A DNA stretch of 64,000 nt from Pseudomonadota bacterium (GCA_043818055.1 JBDRGF010000159.1:1-64000); one strand, 5' to 3'. Counted from the stretch's first letter, positions 50,501-61,195 are shown. Translations and numbers: made by a program. The notes: generated by a model not told the origin, from the letters alone.

Positions 50501-51835
50501 CTATATCGCCATCCTACTGTTTAAAATCACATTGACCGCTTCTTCCAAATTATCGCAGATAAAATCTGGGTTTATTGAAGTATTTTGATTTTTATCATCG
50601 TTATTTTTCCGAAGTAATATAGATCTCAACCCTGCATTAATAGCGGCTTGAATATCTATCACTGAATCACCTATCATCCATGAGGATACAAGATCGATGT
50701 TATATTGGCTAGCCGCTTTCATTATCATTCCCGTCTTCGGTTTTCTACAATCACAGACAATCTTGAACAAAGGATTTTCTTCAGGATATCCCTTATCGGG
50801 ATGATGCGGACAGAAATAAATCTCGTCAACATATACCCCGTTTTTACCCAGCAAGGTCTCAAACTTATCGTGAATACTTTTTAGCGTTTCAAGAGAACAA
50901 AGATTTCTGGCTACGACTGGCTGATTCGTAACCACAATTGACAGATAGCCAGATTCGTTGATACGCTTGATGGCCGGTGTTGAAAACGGTAACAACTCGA
51001 GATCCTCCGACCTATGCAACAGATCTACCTCCTTTACCAAGGTGCCGTCTCTATCCAAAAAGATCGCCGGTCTCTTATTTTTCTTTGAAAGTCTTTTAAT
51101 TTTACCGTTCGCAAAATCTGACTTGACCTTTTCCAGCCTATCGACCGTTCCTACATCTTTGATATACTCAGTGGTTTTGTATCCGCAAAGTTTTTCGAAA
51201 TTCAGCATGCGAGGAAAGACATCTTTAACAAAATCCGAAGCGACACCTTTGCTGATGTATTTAAAAATCCGCGGCGAAAGAACGTACATTGCGGCATTGA
51301 TCTGATTTGGATAGCATTCCCTATCGACGCTCTTTGGCAAAAAACCGACTATCTCCGATTTTACGTCTGTCAACACGATATCGCTGTCATATGGATGATC
51401 GTTGGGGTGAACAACAAGAGTTGCTGCTGCGCATTTTTCTTTATGATATTCAAAAAGATCGTCAAGATCCAGATCGAACATGACATCGCCATATGCAAGA
51501 AGAAAGTCCTCATCTATCTCATTTTCCAGCGCCTTCAAGCAGCCCGATGTCCCCATTGGCTTATTTTCCAGATAGTGTCTAATATCGATTCCGTGTTCGC
51601 TACCGTTGCCAAAATAATCTTCAATCACATTTCCCATGTATCCTGAAAGAATGATCACTTCCTTTATCCCATGCCTTCTCATGACGTCGATCTGATGCTC
51701 GAGTATCGGCTTGCCGGCAATTTTCAGCATCGGTTTAGGGCAATCGAATGTCAAAGAATGAAGACGCTCCCCACGTCCTCCTGCCAGTATCACTGCTTTG
51801 CGAACAGAATGTTGTAACCGAACTAAGCTTCTCAT
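50501..51835 (-). CDS. Fused heptose-1-phosphate nucleotidyltransferase (HddC-like) + heptose bisphosphate phosphatase (GmhB, HAD-IIIA)
   Basis: ILAGGRGERL...PKPM N-domain; FLDRDGTL, VTNQ, CPHHP and CRKPKTGM C-domain. Confidence 0.88.
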   Translation of the reverse strand: MRSLVRLQHSVRKAVILAGGRGERLHSLTFDCPKPMLKIAGKPILEHQIDVMRRHGIKEVIILSGYMGNVIEDYFGNGSEHGIDIRHYLENKPMGTSGCLKALENEIDEDFLLAYGDVMFDLDLDDLFEYHKEKCAAATLVVHPNDHPYDSDIVLTDVKSEIVGFLPKSVDRECYPNQINAAMYVLSPRIFKYISKGVASDFVKDVFPRMLNFEKLCGYKTTEYIKDVGTVDRLEKVKSDFANGKIKRLSKKNKRPAIFLDRDGTLVKEVDLLHRSEDLELLPFSTPAIKRINESGYLSIVVTNQPVVARNLCSLETLKSIHDKFETLLGKNGVYVDEIYFCPHHPDKGYPEENPLFKIVCDCRKPKTGMIMKAASQYNIDLVSSWMIGDSVIDIQAAINAGLRSILLRKNNDDKNQNTSINPDFICDNLEEAVNVILNSRMAI

Positions 51836-51838
51836 TAT

Positions 51839-52207
51839 CTATTTTTGGATATTTCCGTCTCTGCTGTTAAGCGTTGATAATTCACTTTCGAATATAGCTA
51901 GCTGTTGAATAAGCCGTCTGATCTGACGTCTCTGGGAAGTGATAACAATCGAAAACTGCAAGCACATCAATAATACGACTATCAGCCCCAGAAAAAAAAG
52001 CGTATTTGCCGGAGCAACCACTCCAATCAAATGCGTCAAATAAATAAGCCATTCATATTTTACTACGATCAGTGTTGTTACGACACCTATCGCCAACCAT
52101 AACCAGCAATAAGCCACATCCAGACGCCCTTTTTGAATCAATCTTATGATTAATAGCAATAAAGAAAGTGCAACGAACAAAAATACAATTACCTGATGTA
52201 AAGACAT
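51839..52207 (-). CDS. DUF2304 family small membrane protein
   Basis: Three TMs, LWL motif, C-terminal IRRLIQQLAI; follows a DPM1-like GT2. Confidence 0.8.
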   Translation of the reverse strand: MSLHQVIVFLFVALSLLLLIIRLIQKGRLDVAYCWLWLAIGVVTTLIVVKYEWLIYLTHLIGVVAPANTLFFLGLIVVLLMCLQFSIVITSQRRQIRRLIQQLAIFESELSTLNSRDGNIQK

Positions 52208-52232
52208 TAATCGCTCCTTTACAAAATTTTAA

Positions 52233-52985
52233 TCATAATTCTTCAGAAACTTCGGACTGGTTGGACAATCTTCGAAGGCTTCTCTTGTTCAAACGAACAA
52301 TAAACAAAGATAAAAACATTTTGAACACATAATATAGCGGTTTGACACCAGAATGCATAGAAACACCCTTAATTCTGTTCAACATTTTTACGGGCACTTC
52401 TTTGATTCTTAAGCCTGCAAATTTTGACATCATAATCACATCGGCATCAGGATAATCATGTGGAAAAAGGCCACTGGCAAAAAGCCTTAACGATCGTTTA
52501 TCCAGCCCCTGGAATCCAGACGTCGAATCGCTTATGTGAAATCCGGATAATAAATAAACAACGGTTGAAAACAATTTCTGTCCGATTTTTCTGAAGATAG
52601 AATGTGAATAATCACAATCGTTTCTGTCCCCAATAACAATATCCGCCTCGTTATTTTCAAGAATAGAAAGGATCTTTAACAACTCAGAGGCAAGATGTTG
52701 TCCGTCTCCATCCATTTGTAAAACAAAATCATAGTTTTTCTTAATCGCATATAGATAACCGGTTTCTAAGGCGGCTCCATATCCCAAGTTGAAAGTATGA
52801 GAAACAACTTTTGCACCGACACTTATGGCTTTTAATCGAGTTTTATCATATGAACCATCATCTACAACCAAAATATCTGCTGCAGGAACAGATTTGGCTA
52901 TTTCACTTACAACTTCAGCTACATTGTTCTGTTCGTTGAATGCTGGAACAATAACCAGAATATGCTTTAACGTTTTGAAAGTCAT
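52233..52985 (-). CDS. Glycosyltransferase family 2, DPM1-like (polyprenol-phosphate glycosyltransferase)
   Basis: VPAFNE, VDDGSYD, NLGYGAALETG, MDGDGQH and DSTSGF. Confidence 0.88.
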   Translation of the reverse strand: MTFKTLKHILVIVPAFNEQNNVAEVVSEIAKSVPAADILVVDDGSYDKTRLKAISVGAKVVSHTFNLGYGAALETGYLYAIKKNYDFVLQMDGDGQHLASELLKILSILENNEADIVIGDRNDCDYSHSIFRKIGQKLFSTVVYLLSGFHISDSTSGFQGLDKRSLRLFASGLFPHDYPDADVIMMSKFAGLRIKEVPVKMLNRIKGVSMHSGVKPLYYVFKMFLSLFIVRLNKRSLRRLSNQSEVSEEL

Positions 52986-53010
52986 AAACTATTAATTCAT
53001 TTATATTACT

Positions 53011-54081
53011 TTATCTTTTTGAATAATTCTTATCAATCCATTCCCTATACTTATTACTTCGAATGTTTTCAATCCATGTTTCATTTGTCAAATACCACTT
53101 AAGAGTCTCTTCTAGAGCCAATTCAAATCCATAATATTGTTTCCATCCAAGCTCTGTTTTTATTCTATCACAATTTATTGCATATCTTTTGTCATGACCT
53201 GGGCGATCCTTAATGTGTGTAATTAATTTTTTATAATAATCGCTCGGTTTATCTACTATCATGGACATCTTTTCACAGAGAGTATTTACTAATCTAATAT
53301 TTTCCCATTCATTCTCACCGCCGATGTTGTATGTCGCACCAAGCTTCCCCGCATTCAAAATCAACCAGACAGCGCTGTTATGATCATCAACATAAAGCCA
53401 ATCACGAATATTCTTACCATCACCATAAACCGGCAATGGCTTTTCTTCTTTCATATTCATAATCATTAATGGAATTAGTTTTTCAGGAAATTGATAAGGA
53501 CCATAATTATTAGAACAGTTTGAGATTGTAATAGGCAATCCATAAGTATGATAATATGCCATCACCAGATGGTCAGATGAAGCTTTTGAAGCTGAATACG
53601 GGCTTCTTGGATCATACGGGGTATCTTCATAAAAATATCCATTATCTTGGAGAGAACCATATACTTCGTCGGTACTAATATGATGAAACAACACACCATT
53701 TATGCCGCTCCAGTTTTCACGCGCCACTTCAAGAAGCGAGAACGTTCCAATGATATTTGTATGAACAAAATCTTTTGGACCATGAATCGATCTGTCAACG
53801 TGTGATTCAGCGGCAAAATGGACCACAGTGTCAATATCAAATTTGTCAAATATTTCCTTTATTTTTTGACAATCACATATATCTGCTTTTTCAAAACAAT
53901 ATCTTTCGTTTCCAAATTCATTTTGAATATCTAGTAAATTTTCAAGATTGCCAGCATATGTGAGCTTATCGACATTTATTATTCGTCCTGTGAAATCCGT
54001 TTTTTTAAATACATAACGAATAAAATTCGAACCAATAAAACCAGCACCGCCAGTGACCATTATGTTTTTTAGTTTTCTCAT
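53011..54081 (-). CDS. rfbB: dTDP-glucose 4,6-dehydratase
   Basis: TGGAGFIGSNF, DKLTYAGN, HFAAESHVDRSI, STDEVYG and YSASKA. Confidence 0.96.
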   Translation of the reverse strand: MRKLKNIMVTGGAGFIGSNFIRYVFKKTDFTGRIINVDKLTYAGNLENLLDIQNEFGNERYCFEKADICDCQKIKEIFDKFDIDTVVHFAAESHVDRSIHGPKDFVHTNIIGTFSLLEVARENWSGINGVLFHHISTDEVYGSLQDNGYFYEDTPYDPRSPYSASKASSDHLVMAYYHTYGLPITISNCSNNYGPYQFPEKLIPLMIMNMKEEKPLPVYGDGKNIRDWLYVDDHNSAVWLILNAGKLGATYNIGGENEWENIRLVNTLCEKMSMIVDKPSDYYKKLITHIKDRPGHDKRYAINCDRIKTELGWKQYYGFELALEETLKWYLTNETWIENIRSNKYREWIDKNYSKR

Positions 54082-54092
54082 ATCTTCCTATT

Positions 54093-54953
54093 TTAAGTCA
54101 GCGACTTGATGAATTCATCTAAAGCTGAGTTCCAACTTCTGTTTTTAAAACCAAAAGTGTCCAACATTTTATTTTTTGATAAACATGAATTTTTAGGTCT
54201 AATCGCCCTTGTTGGATAATCCTTGGTGCTTATTGGAACAATGCTTACATCGTTTTCTACTAATCCATATTCTTTCGCAAATTCATATATCTTACAAGCA
54301 AATTCATACCATGTCGTGGCACCATCATTAGTAAAATTATAAATTCCGTATTTTACTGAGTTTGAAACAACTATATTTAATATAAATTTTGCTAAATCCT
54401 TCGTAAAGGTCGGACTGCCACATTGATCATTAACTACTTTTACAACATCCTTTTCATTGAAAAGCTTTATCATTGAACAGACAAAATTATTTCCATTTTT
54501 TCCATAAAGCCATGCTGTCCTGATAATAAAATGTTTTTCAAAATTATTTCGAATATTTTTTTCACCTTGAACCTTGCTCTTCCCATAAATCCCCAATGGA
54601 TTTGGCACATCATTTTCAAAATACTCAGCAGCTTTGTTCCCATCAAAAACATAATCAGTCGATAAATGAATCAATTTCGCACCAATTTCTCTAGCAACAT
54701 TTGTAATATTTAAAACGCCGTCCGAATTGATTTTATAAGCAAGTTCCATTTCACCCTCTGCCCTATCTACTGCTGTATAGGCCGAACAATTTATAATCCA
54801 ATTTATTTTTTTAGCTTCAATAAATTTTTTGAGTTGATCGGCGTTGCAAATGTCGACTTCTTTGTCAGATACAACAAAATTCAATTTTCTACTAGTCAAC
54901 AATCGTTCAACATCTGAGCCAAGCATACCTTTGTTTCCAATAAGCCAAATCAT
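54093..54953 (-). CDS. rfbD: dTDP-4-dehydrorhamnose reductase
   Basis: GNKGMLG, AYTAVDRAE, STDYVFDG, YGKSK and DQCGSPT. Confidence 0.95.
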   Translation of the reverse strand: MIWLIGNKGMLGSDVERLLTSRKLNFVVSDKEVDICNADQLKKFIEAKKINWIINCSAYTAVDRAEGEMELAYKINSDGVLNITNVAREIGAKLIHLSTDYVFDGNKAAEYFENDVPNPLGIYGKSKVQGEKNIRNNFEKHFIIRTAWLYGKNGNNFVCSMIKLFNEKDVVKVVNDQCGSPTFTKDLAKFILNIVVSNSVKYGIYNFTNDGATTWYEFACKIYEFAKEYGLVENDVSIVPISTKDYPTRAIRPKNSCLSKNKMLDTFGFKNRSWNSALDEFIKSLT

Positions 54954-55507
54954 TTGTATTCAAAATTATTATCGGCACATTCTAATGTTGGATTTCCTTT
55001 ATCTTTATCGGAAAGAATAGGGCTTAAAGTGGGCCAATTTATGTTTATTATTGGGTCATTCCAAATAATTCCTTTGTCATTTTTTGAATCATATTCGGCG
55101 GAACATTTATAAACTATTTCTGTCATGTCACATTTTGCAAAAAAACCATGAGCAAAACCTGGTGGAATATATAACATATGTGCATTTTCCTCAGAAAGAT
55201 CGGCAAAAATCCATTTACCATAGGTTGGCGAGCCTTTTCTTATATCAACCGCAACATCATATATTTCACCCCTTACACACCTAATAAGCTTTCCTTGTGC
55301 AGAAGGATTCTTTTGATAATGTAACCCTCTTAATGTATTCTTCGATGAACTTGAGTGATTATCTTGTAGAAATCTTATATTGACACCTGCATTTGTAAAA
55401 TCAAGCTCCTTATATGTTTCTATAAAAAAACCCCTTTTGTCACGTAATATTTTTGGTTTAATTAAAACTACTTCTGGAATTGCAAGTTTTTGGAATATAA
55501 ATGACAT
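54950..55507 (-). CDS. rfbC: dTDP-4-dehydrorhamnose 3,5-epimerase
   Basis: DKRGFF, QDNHS, LRGLHYQ and PPGFAHGF. Confidence 0.95.
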   Translation of the reverse strand: MSFIFQKLAIPEVVLIKPKILRDKRGFFIETYKELDFTNAGVNIRFLQDNHSSSSKNTLRGLHYQKNPSAQGKLIRCVRGEIYDVAVDIRKGSPTYGKWIFADLSEENAHMLYIPPGFAHGFFAKCDMTEIVYKCSAEYDSKNDKGIIWNDPIININWPTLSPILSDKDKGNPTLECADNNFEYK

Positions 55508-55514
55508 AATAGTT

Positions 55515-56387
55515 TTATTTCAATATATTCATCAAGTAACTTCCATATGAATTTTTCTTTAAAGAGTCTGCCAATTTGATAAATTGATTATCATCTATAT
55601 AGCCTAAAGCGTGCGCAATTTCCTCAATACACGCAATTTTCAACCCTTGCCTTTTTTCTATGGCTGATACATAATTTGACGCTTCTAAAAGGGATTCATG
55701 AGTTCCAGTATCAAGCCAAGAGAATCCTCTGCCCAGTATTTCAACGCGAAGTTGATTTTCCTTCAAATACTTTTTATTAACATCCGTAATTTCCAATTCC
55801 CCCCTTCGGGAGGGAGTTATTGTTTTTGCTATTTTAACAACGTCATTGTCATAAAAATAGAGTCCAGTAACAGCAAAATTTGATTTTGGTTGTTCTGGTT
55901 TTTCTTCTAATGAAACAACTCTGCCACTTTCATCAAACTCTACTATACCATATCTTTCTGGATCATTAACAAAAGAACCGAATACAGTTGATCCACCCTC
56001 TGTTTCAACAGCTTTTACAGCCTTTCTAAGTATGTCGACTAATCCATGTCCATAAAACACATTATCACCTAATATTAAACTTACTGCCTGCTTTCCTATA
56101 AAATCCTCACCAATGATAAATGCTTCTGCAAGGCCATTTGGTTGCAGCTGTTCCTTATATGACAACTTCAAACCCAATTGAGAACCATCGTTGAATATTT
56201 CTTTAAATCTAGGTACGTCCTGTGGAGTGGATATTATCAATATTTCCCGTATTCCAGCTAACATCAAAACGGACAAGGGGTAATAAATCATAGGTTTGTC
56301 ATAGATTGGCAGCAACTGTTTACAAACCGCTGTTGTAATAGGATAAAGTCTAGATCCACTTCCACCAGCTAAGATTATTCCCTTCAT
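55515..56387 (-). CDS. rfbA: Glucose-1-phosphate thymidylyltransferase
   Basis: [31 protein letters not shown] and WLDTGT; start placed at 56387 after RBS GGAG (ORF track starts at 56417). Confidence 0.95.
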   Translation of the reverse strand: MKGIILAGGSGSRLYPITTAVCKQLLPIYDKPMIYYPLSVLMLAGIREILIISTPQDVPRFKEIFNDGSQLGLKLSYKEQLQPNGLAEAFIIGEDFIGKQAVSLILGDNVFYGHGLVDILRKAVKAVETEGGSTVFGSFVNDPERYGIVEFDESGRVVSLEEKPEQPKSNFAVTGLYFYDNDVVKIAKTITPSRRGELEITDVNKKYLKENQLRVEILGRGFSWLDTGTHESLLEASNYVSAIEKRQGLKIACIEEIAHALGYIDDNQFIKLADSLKKNSYGSYLMNILK

Positions 56388-56413
56388 AGTTATCTCCAAT
56401 TTACTTTTGGTTT

Positions 56414-57595
56414 TCATCCATTAATATTTTCAACTACATACCTGCTAAACGAAAAAGCACATGTAAACGCAGGGGAAACAGCATTTAGAATATGGGTTGA
56501 ATTTTCACCATGCTCGACTACAAAATCCATAACCAGATCCATTGAATGTTTATCAACAAGTTGCGCACGAATGCCAGGCTCAAGATATTTTCCAAATTTT
56601 AGATAGTCAACTGTTTTTGTCATATATGTTGCTTGGCTTGTCATATATTTTTTATAATATTTTCGTATTTCATCAAATGCAAGTGAACGAAATTCAGGTT
56701 TTGTCAGAAACATCCTTGATTCGTAAAGCACAACTTCCATCAGTTCCTTGACCTTAAAACCCTTTCCAATACTGTAATTCTCTCTCCAAAACGCTGGCAT
56801 TGATGTTGGGCCTATTTTTACACTTCCATCAACTTTTTTTGTATAATGAACTCCCAAAAATGGATTTTTCAGATTGGGTACTGGATAGACATGCATTCGC
56901 AAAAAATCATCATCATTATATTTAACATACATACCTTTAAATGGAATCAGCGTGTACTTTTTCCCAACACCATATTGATGAGCAATCCTATCTGCATAAA
57001 GTCCGCCACAATTGATCAAATGCTTATATCCTATCCTGCCTTTATTTGTAATAACAGTTTTTTTACTATGTCCTTCAAATGTTGTATTAAACAAAATCTG
57101 TGAATTTTTCCCTAGATCATCGACTATAGATTTACAAACAGCTTTTGGATCAACAGAAGATGTCGTCGGGGAATAAAGTGCTTTTTTATATGTCTTTGCA
57201 TTTGGTTCAAGTTTTGAAAGTTCTTTTTCATCTATAATCTTTATAAAGACGCCATTTGTCTTTCCACGCTTTTCCAGTTCTAACAGCGTATTCAATTCCT
57301 GTTCATCCTTTGCAACAACCACTTTTCCGCAACGATTTATCTTTAGACCTTTTTGTAGACAATAATCGGTCAATAATTTATTTCCATCACGCGTAAATCT
57401 CGCCTTCAGTGAATCTGCTGTATAATAAAAACCCGCATGAAGAACTCCGCTGTTTCGTCCGCTGGAATGTAGAGCAACAGTGTTTTCCTTTTCCAGAATG
57501 ACGATTTTGGAATCGGGATATCTCGTTGAAAGTTCACGTGTAATTGAAAGCCCTATTATTCCTGCGCCAACTATTACAAAATCCGCTTCAATCAT
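56414..57595 (-). CDS. lhgO: L-2-hydroxyglutarate oxidase family FAD oxidoreductase
   Basis: [28 protein letters not shown] and LNAVSPAFT. Confidence 0.85.
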   Translation of the reverse strand: MIEADFVIVGAGIIGLSITRELSTRYPDSKIVILEKENTVALHSSGRNSGVLHAGFYYTADSLKARFTRDGNKLLTDYCLQKGLKINRCGKVVVAKDEQELNTLLELEKRGKTNGVFIKIIDEKELSKLEPNAKTYKKALYSPTTSSVDPKAVCKSIVDDLGKNSQILFNTTFEGHSKKTVITNKGRIGYKHLINCGGLYADRIAHQYGVGKKYTLIPFKGMYVKYNDDDFLRMHVYPVPNLKNPFLGVHYTKKVDGSVKIGPTSMPAFWRENYSIGKGFKVKELMEVVLYESRMFLTKPEFRSLAFDEIRKYYKKYMTSQATYMTKTVDYLKFGKYLEPGIRAQLVDKHSMDLVMDFVVEHGENSTHILNAVSPAFTCAFSFSRYVVENING

Positions 57596-57611
57596 CCATT
57601 CTCCTTTAAAG

Positions 57612-59540
57612 TTAAAAATTTACGGTTTTTCCTCTACTATCTTCTTCAGACGCAAATGTATGGATAGTATTTGCTCTATCCAGTCCCCTCACAGCCTCCG
57701 CAATCGCCGATGAATCGATGTTGTGCATTCTTCTCAGATCATTTTGTGAAGTGTGTATGGTAAATTCATCGCTGATGCCAAGTTCGTAGATGGAAAGATC
57801 TTTATCTGAAATGTGATTTTTGATCAGTGATCCCAGGCCTCCTGTTAAGCTACCCTCTTCAACTGTGATCACATTTGAACAATGTTTGGAAAGTTGGTTG
57901 AACAGTGAGAAATCAAACGGCTTCACAAAACATGGATCGATAACTGTGATATCGATTCCTTCTTCACTCAAAATATTTGCGGCTTTCACGGCTTCGATTA
58001 CAAGATGGCCGGCTGCCCAGACAGTTGTCTGTGGTTTTTCTTTTTCATAAACGATCTGAGCTTTTCCATACTCCAGCGTCTTGGGTAGCCTTTGATATTG
58101 CAAAGCAGGAACCTCACCTCTTGGATAGCGTATGGCCATTGGTCCATTATATTTTGATGCCATAAAAAGCATCTCTCGCAGTGTTTGTTCGTCCCTTGGT
58201 GCAGCGATTGTCATATTCGGGATCGGATTTAAAAAGGAGATGTCGAAAAGGCCATGATGTGTGGAGCCATCTTCTCCGACAACACCGGCTCTATCGATAG
58301 CAAAAATCACCGGGAGATTTTGCAGACATACGTCGTGAATGATCTGGTCATATGCCCTCTGCAAAAACGTTGAGTATATAGCAACGACCGGTTTATACCC
58401 TTGAGTTGCAAGACCGGCAGCGAATGTTACAGCGTGTCCCTCTGCGATTCCAACATCAAAAAAACGGTCGGGATATTTTTTAGCGAATTTGGTCAAGCCT
58501 GTCCCTGTTGTCATTGCTGCTGTAATTGCTACAATTTTAGGATCGCGATCTGCAAGATCAACGATGGCGTCGCCAAAGGCATCTGTAAATGTCCTTCCAC
58601 TTGAAGAATGAGTCTCGCCGGTTGTAATATTGAATGAGCCTATTCCATGAAATTTTGTTGGATTATCTTCAGCCAGTTTATATCCCTTTCCCTTCTTCGT
58701 CATCACATGAATGAGAATAGGGCGTTCACCTATAGACATGCTTTTGACTTCGTTAAATATCCTGATCAGTTCATCTATATTATGGCCATCAATCGGGCCC
58801 ATATAATCAAAACCGAACGCCTCAAACAAAAATCCCGGCGTAAAAAAACTGACTGTTGTTTCCTTCGCCCTTTGCACGAGATTGAAAATCACAGTTCCCC
58901 AAAATGGTATCCTGAATAATAACCTCTTTAATCTTTTATTTAATCTTGAAGCTGTTTTTCCATGAACGTTGATAGAAAAAAACTTTGAGAGTGCTCCCAC
59001 ATTCGGCGAAATGGACATCTCATTATCGTTGAGTACAACGATAAGATTCCCCACTTTGTGACCTGCGTTATTCATCGCTTCGAAGGCGAGCCCCCCTGTC
59101 ATTGCACCATCACCTATCACTGCAATCGCCCTGTTATCCTTATTTTGTCTCTTCATGGCATGCGCGATTCCAAGTGCAGCTGAGATCGAAGTTGACGAAT
59201 GTCCGGTGCCAAAGGCATCGTGTTCACTCTCTGAGATCTTTGGAAAACCGCTTATGCCGTTTGCAGTTCGCAATGTATGAAAGCGATCTCTTCTTCCGGT
59301 TAAAATCTTATGCGCATATGACTGGTGTCCCACATCCCAGACGACCTTGTCGTTCGGGGAATCAAAAACATAATGAAGTGCTGTGGTCAACTCAACGACA
59401 CCGAGGCTGGGTGCAAGATGGCCACCGTTTTTTGAAACGGTATCTACTATCAACTCACGAATTTCTGAGCAGAGATTAGGGAGTTCTCTGGAAGAGAGTT
59501 TTTTTAGATCGTTGGGATTGTTGATTTTTTCTAAAAACAT
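57612..59540 (-). CDS. dxs: 1-deoxy-D-xylulose-5-phosphate synthase
   Basis: GGHLAPSLG, WDVGHQSYAHK, GDGAMTGG, LNDNEMSI, DVGIAE and YSTFLQRAYDQ. Confidence 0.96.
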   Translation of the reverse strand: MFLEKINNPNDLKKLSSRELPNLCSEIRELIVDTVSKNGGHLAPSLGVVELTTALHYVFDSPNDKVVWDVGHQSYAHKILTGRRDRFHTLRTANGISGFPKISESEHDAFGTGHSSTSISAALGIAHAMKRQNKDNRAIAVIGDGAMTGGLAFEAMNNAGHKVGNLIVVLNDNEMSISPNVGALSKFFSINVHGKTASRLNKRLKRLLFRIPFWGTVIFNLVQRAKETTVSFFTPGFLFEAFGFDYMGPIDGHNIDELIRIFNEVKSMSIGERPILIHVMTKKGKGYKLAEDNPTKFHGIGSFNITTGETHSSSGRTFTDAFGDAIVDLADRDPKIVAITAAMTTGTGLTKFAKKYPDRFFDVGIAEGHAVTFAAGLATQGYKPVVAIYSTFLQRAYDQIIHDVCLQNLPVIFAIDRAGVVGEDGSTHHGLFDISFLNPIPNMTIAAPRDEQTLREMLFMASKYNGPMAIRYPRGEVPALQYQRLPKTLEYGKAQIVYEKEKPQTTVWAAGHLVIEAVKAANILSEEGIDITVIDPCFVKPFDFSLFNQLSKHCSNVITVEEGSLTGGLGSLIKNHISDKDLSIYELGISDEFTIHTSQNDLRRMHNIDSSAIAEAVRGLDRANTIHTFASEEDSRGKTVNF

Positions 59541-59560
59541 TTTTTTAGAAGTCCATCCGC

Positions 59561-60377
59561 TTACTTGACATAATATCCACCGGTTTTTTTGCTGCCACGG
59601 TATTCGATTTTACCTTGCTTTTTTAATTTTGCCGCCCATCTTTCGACTGTCTTTGGCGACATGCTTATTTTTTCAGCAATTTCTGAAATTCTTTTACCTG
59701 GATTGACTCTAATAAATTCCAGAAAAACATTTATTCCCTCATTTATTCCCTCATTTATTCCCTCATTTATTCCCTCACTTATTCCCTCACTTATTCCCTC
59801 ATTTATTCCCTCATTTATTCCCTCACCTCTTTTTCGTAAGTGAAAAACAATGACAAATGCCCCTGCTGTCTCACTAAACTCTGGTGCAGGGTTACCATTT
59901 TCAAGAGAATAGTTATAAATCTTTTGAAAGCCTCCTCCCCAGCCTTCAATCAAACCTATCTTATGAAAAACATCTACTATCGCCTTGTTCCGGGGTATGG
60001 AACGACCTTCAGTCAGTAAATTTTCTATGTTGATTTCCTTAGGTAACAATCCGGGGCTCCATATTTCCAGCCTGTCATCAAAAATTCTGATCTGTATATT
60101 ACCTGCGTCTGCATAATCACGGTGTGCAACTGCATTAATAATAGCCTCTCTTATGGCCGGTAAAGAATAGTCCCGGATCTGTATGCAGCTTTACCTTGTT
60201 GATCAAATCCTCAATCGCTCCTTTTCCAACAACCATGTTTAAAGGTCCACCGCTATCATCCAAACCTACGATCACTTTTCCACCACTCTTGTTTGCAAAG
60301 GCACCAAGGGTGACTATTACATCTCTCCACTCCGCAAGAGAGGATTTGAGTTCCAATGTTTCGGATTCTTTATACAT
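59561..60377 (-). pseudogene. AlbA_2 (Schlafen-like) / HATPase-like / HTH 'ATP-binding protein' with large internal deletion and frameshift
   Basis: N-terminal ESETLELKSS...AFANKSGG (60377) runs at about 60175 into another frame reading DYSLPAIREAIINAVAHRDY...DDRLEIWSPG, which continues into ORF 59561-60049 (C-terminal HTH, GSKKTGGY). The central region is absent. Confidence 0.8.
59729..59824 (-). repeat. Coding 12-bp tandem repeat x8 (EGIN/EGIS)
   Basis: (GAGGGAATAAAT/GAGGGAATAAGT) x8 on the minus strand. Confidence 0.95.
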
Positions 60378-61101
60378 GGCTATACACCCTCATGATCTCT
60401 TGTGCATACTCAACTGCCTGTTCAGCTTCTTTTCTGGTGATTTCATGTTCGTCATCCATCCAATTTTCAGACTTCTGAAATAACTTATAAAGATATTTAA
60501 ATTTTGAGGCTATATCTTTACCATAATATTTCTCGGTCAGCGGGAGAAGCACATCTATCTTGCTTGAATATCCCTCGTTCTTCATGGCAAGTGAAGCTTG
60601 TAAGGCATGTTTTGATGCAACAAAGCAATAATCGATCACACCATTTGTAAAGCCATCCTTCAGCAATTCCTGAGCCAACTTAACTTTCCGGGATTCAAAA
60701 TCTCTAGAGTCTTTAAAAAAGCCTGCATATTTAGATGAAGGAGACTCAAAACTTAACGACATATCAATATCTCCAAAGATAAGCTTTCCTTCACGCTTAG
60801 CAGCTGTATAAACAGGCAACTTTTCCTTTACGAAATCCTTCTCGCTTGCAACTAAAACAGAAAAAGCCTCTTCCTTTACAAGTTCATCTCTGATGCGATT
60901 TGCCTTTTTATTCACATTATCAACAACCATAAGCAGATCGACATCCGAATCTTCCCTGGCACATAATTTTGCCCATGACCCATAGAGAATGGCCGCTTTA
61001 ATACTTTTACTTTCAGTTAGCTTTTGCCTGATTGTTTCAATATGCGTGTCTATTGGCTGAATCATATTAATTAATGGGTTGGGGTATTTTTCTATGAGCA
61101 T
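60370..61101 (-). CDS. Fused nucleotidyltransferase (MNT) - HEPN-like domain protein; start possibly 61065
   Basis: LYGSWAKLCAREDSDVDLL; C-terminal helical domain with LAQELL...YCFVASKHALQASL...EAEQAVEYAQEI resembling HEPN. Confidence 0.75.
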   Translation of the reverse strand: MLIEKYPNPLINMIQPIDTHIETIRQKLTESKSIKAAILYGSWAKLCAREDSDVDLLMVVDNVNKKANRIRDELVKEEAFSVLVASEKDFVKEKLPVYTAAKREGKLIFGDIDMSLSFESPSSKYAGFFKDSRDFESRKVKLAQELLKDGFTNGVIDYCFVASKHALQASLAMKNEGYSSKIDVLLPLTEKYYGKDIASKFKYLYKLFQKSENWMDDEHEITRKEAEQAVEYAQEIMRVYSHV

Positions 61102-61124
61102 TTTTTAATAGATAGTGGTCAGTC

Positions 61125-61195
61125 TGAAACTAGAAGCCAGAAGCAAGAAGCTAGAAATCAGAGGCCAGAAAATAGAAGTTAGAAACTAGAGGTCA
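61125..61195. repeat. Heptamer array 1 (AGAAGNN-type on +, about 10 units)
   Basis: tgaaact agaagcc agaagca agaagct agaaatc agaggcc agaaaat agaagtt agaaact agaggtc. Confidence 0.92.

Noticed and set aside
372..59843. Numerous 60-170 aa antisense or nested ORFs in the ORF track
   Set aside because: They overlap well-supported genes on the opposite strand or frame and show no recognisable motifs.
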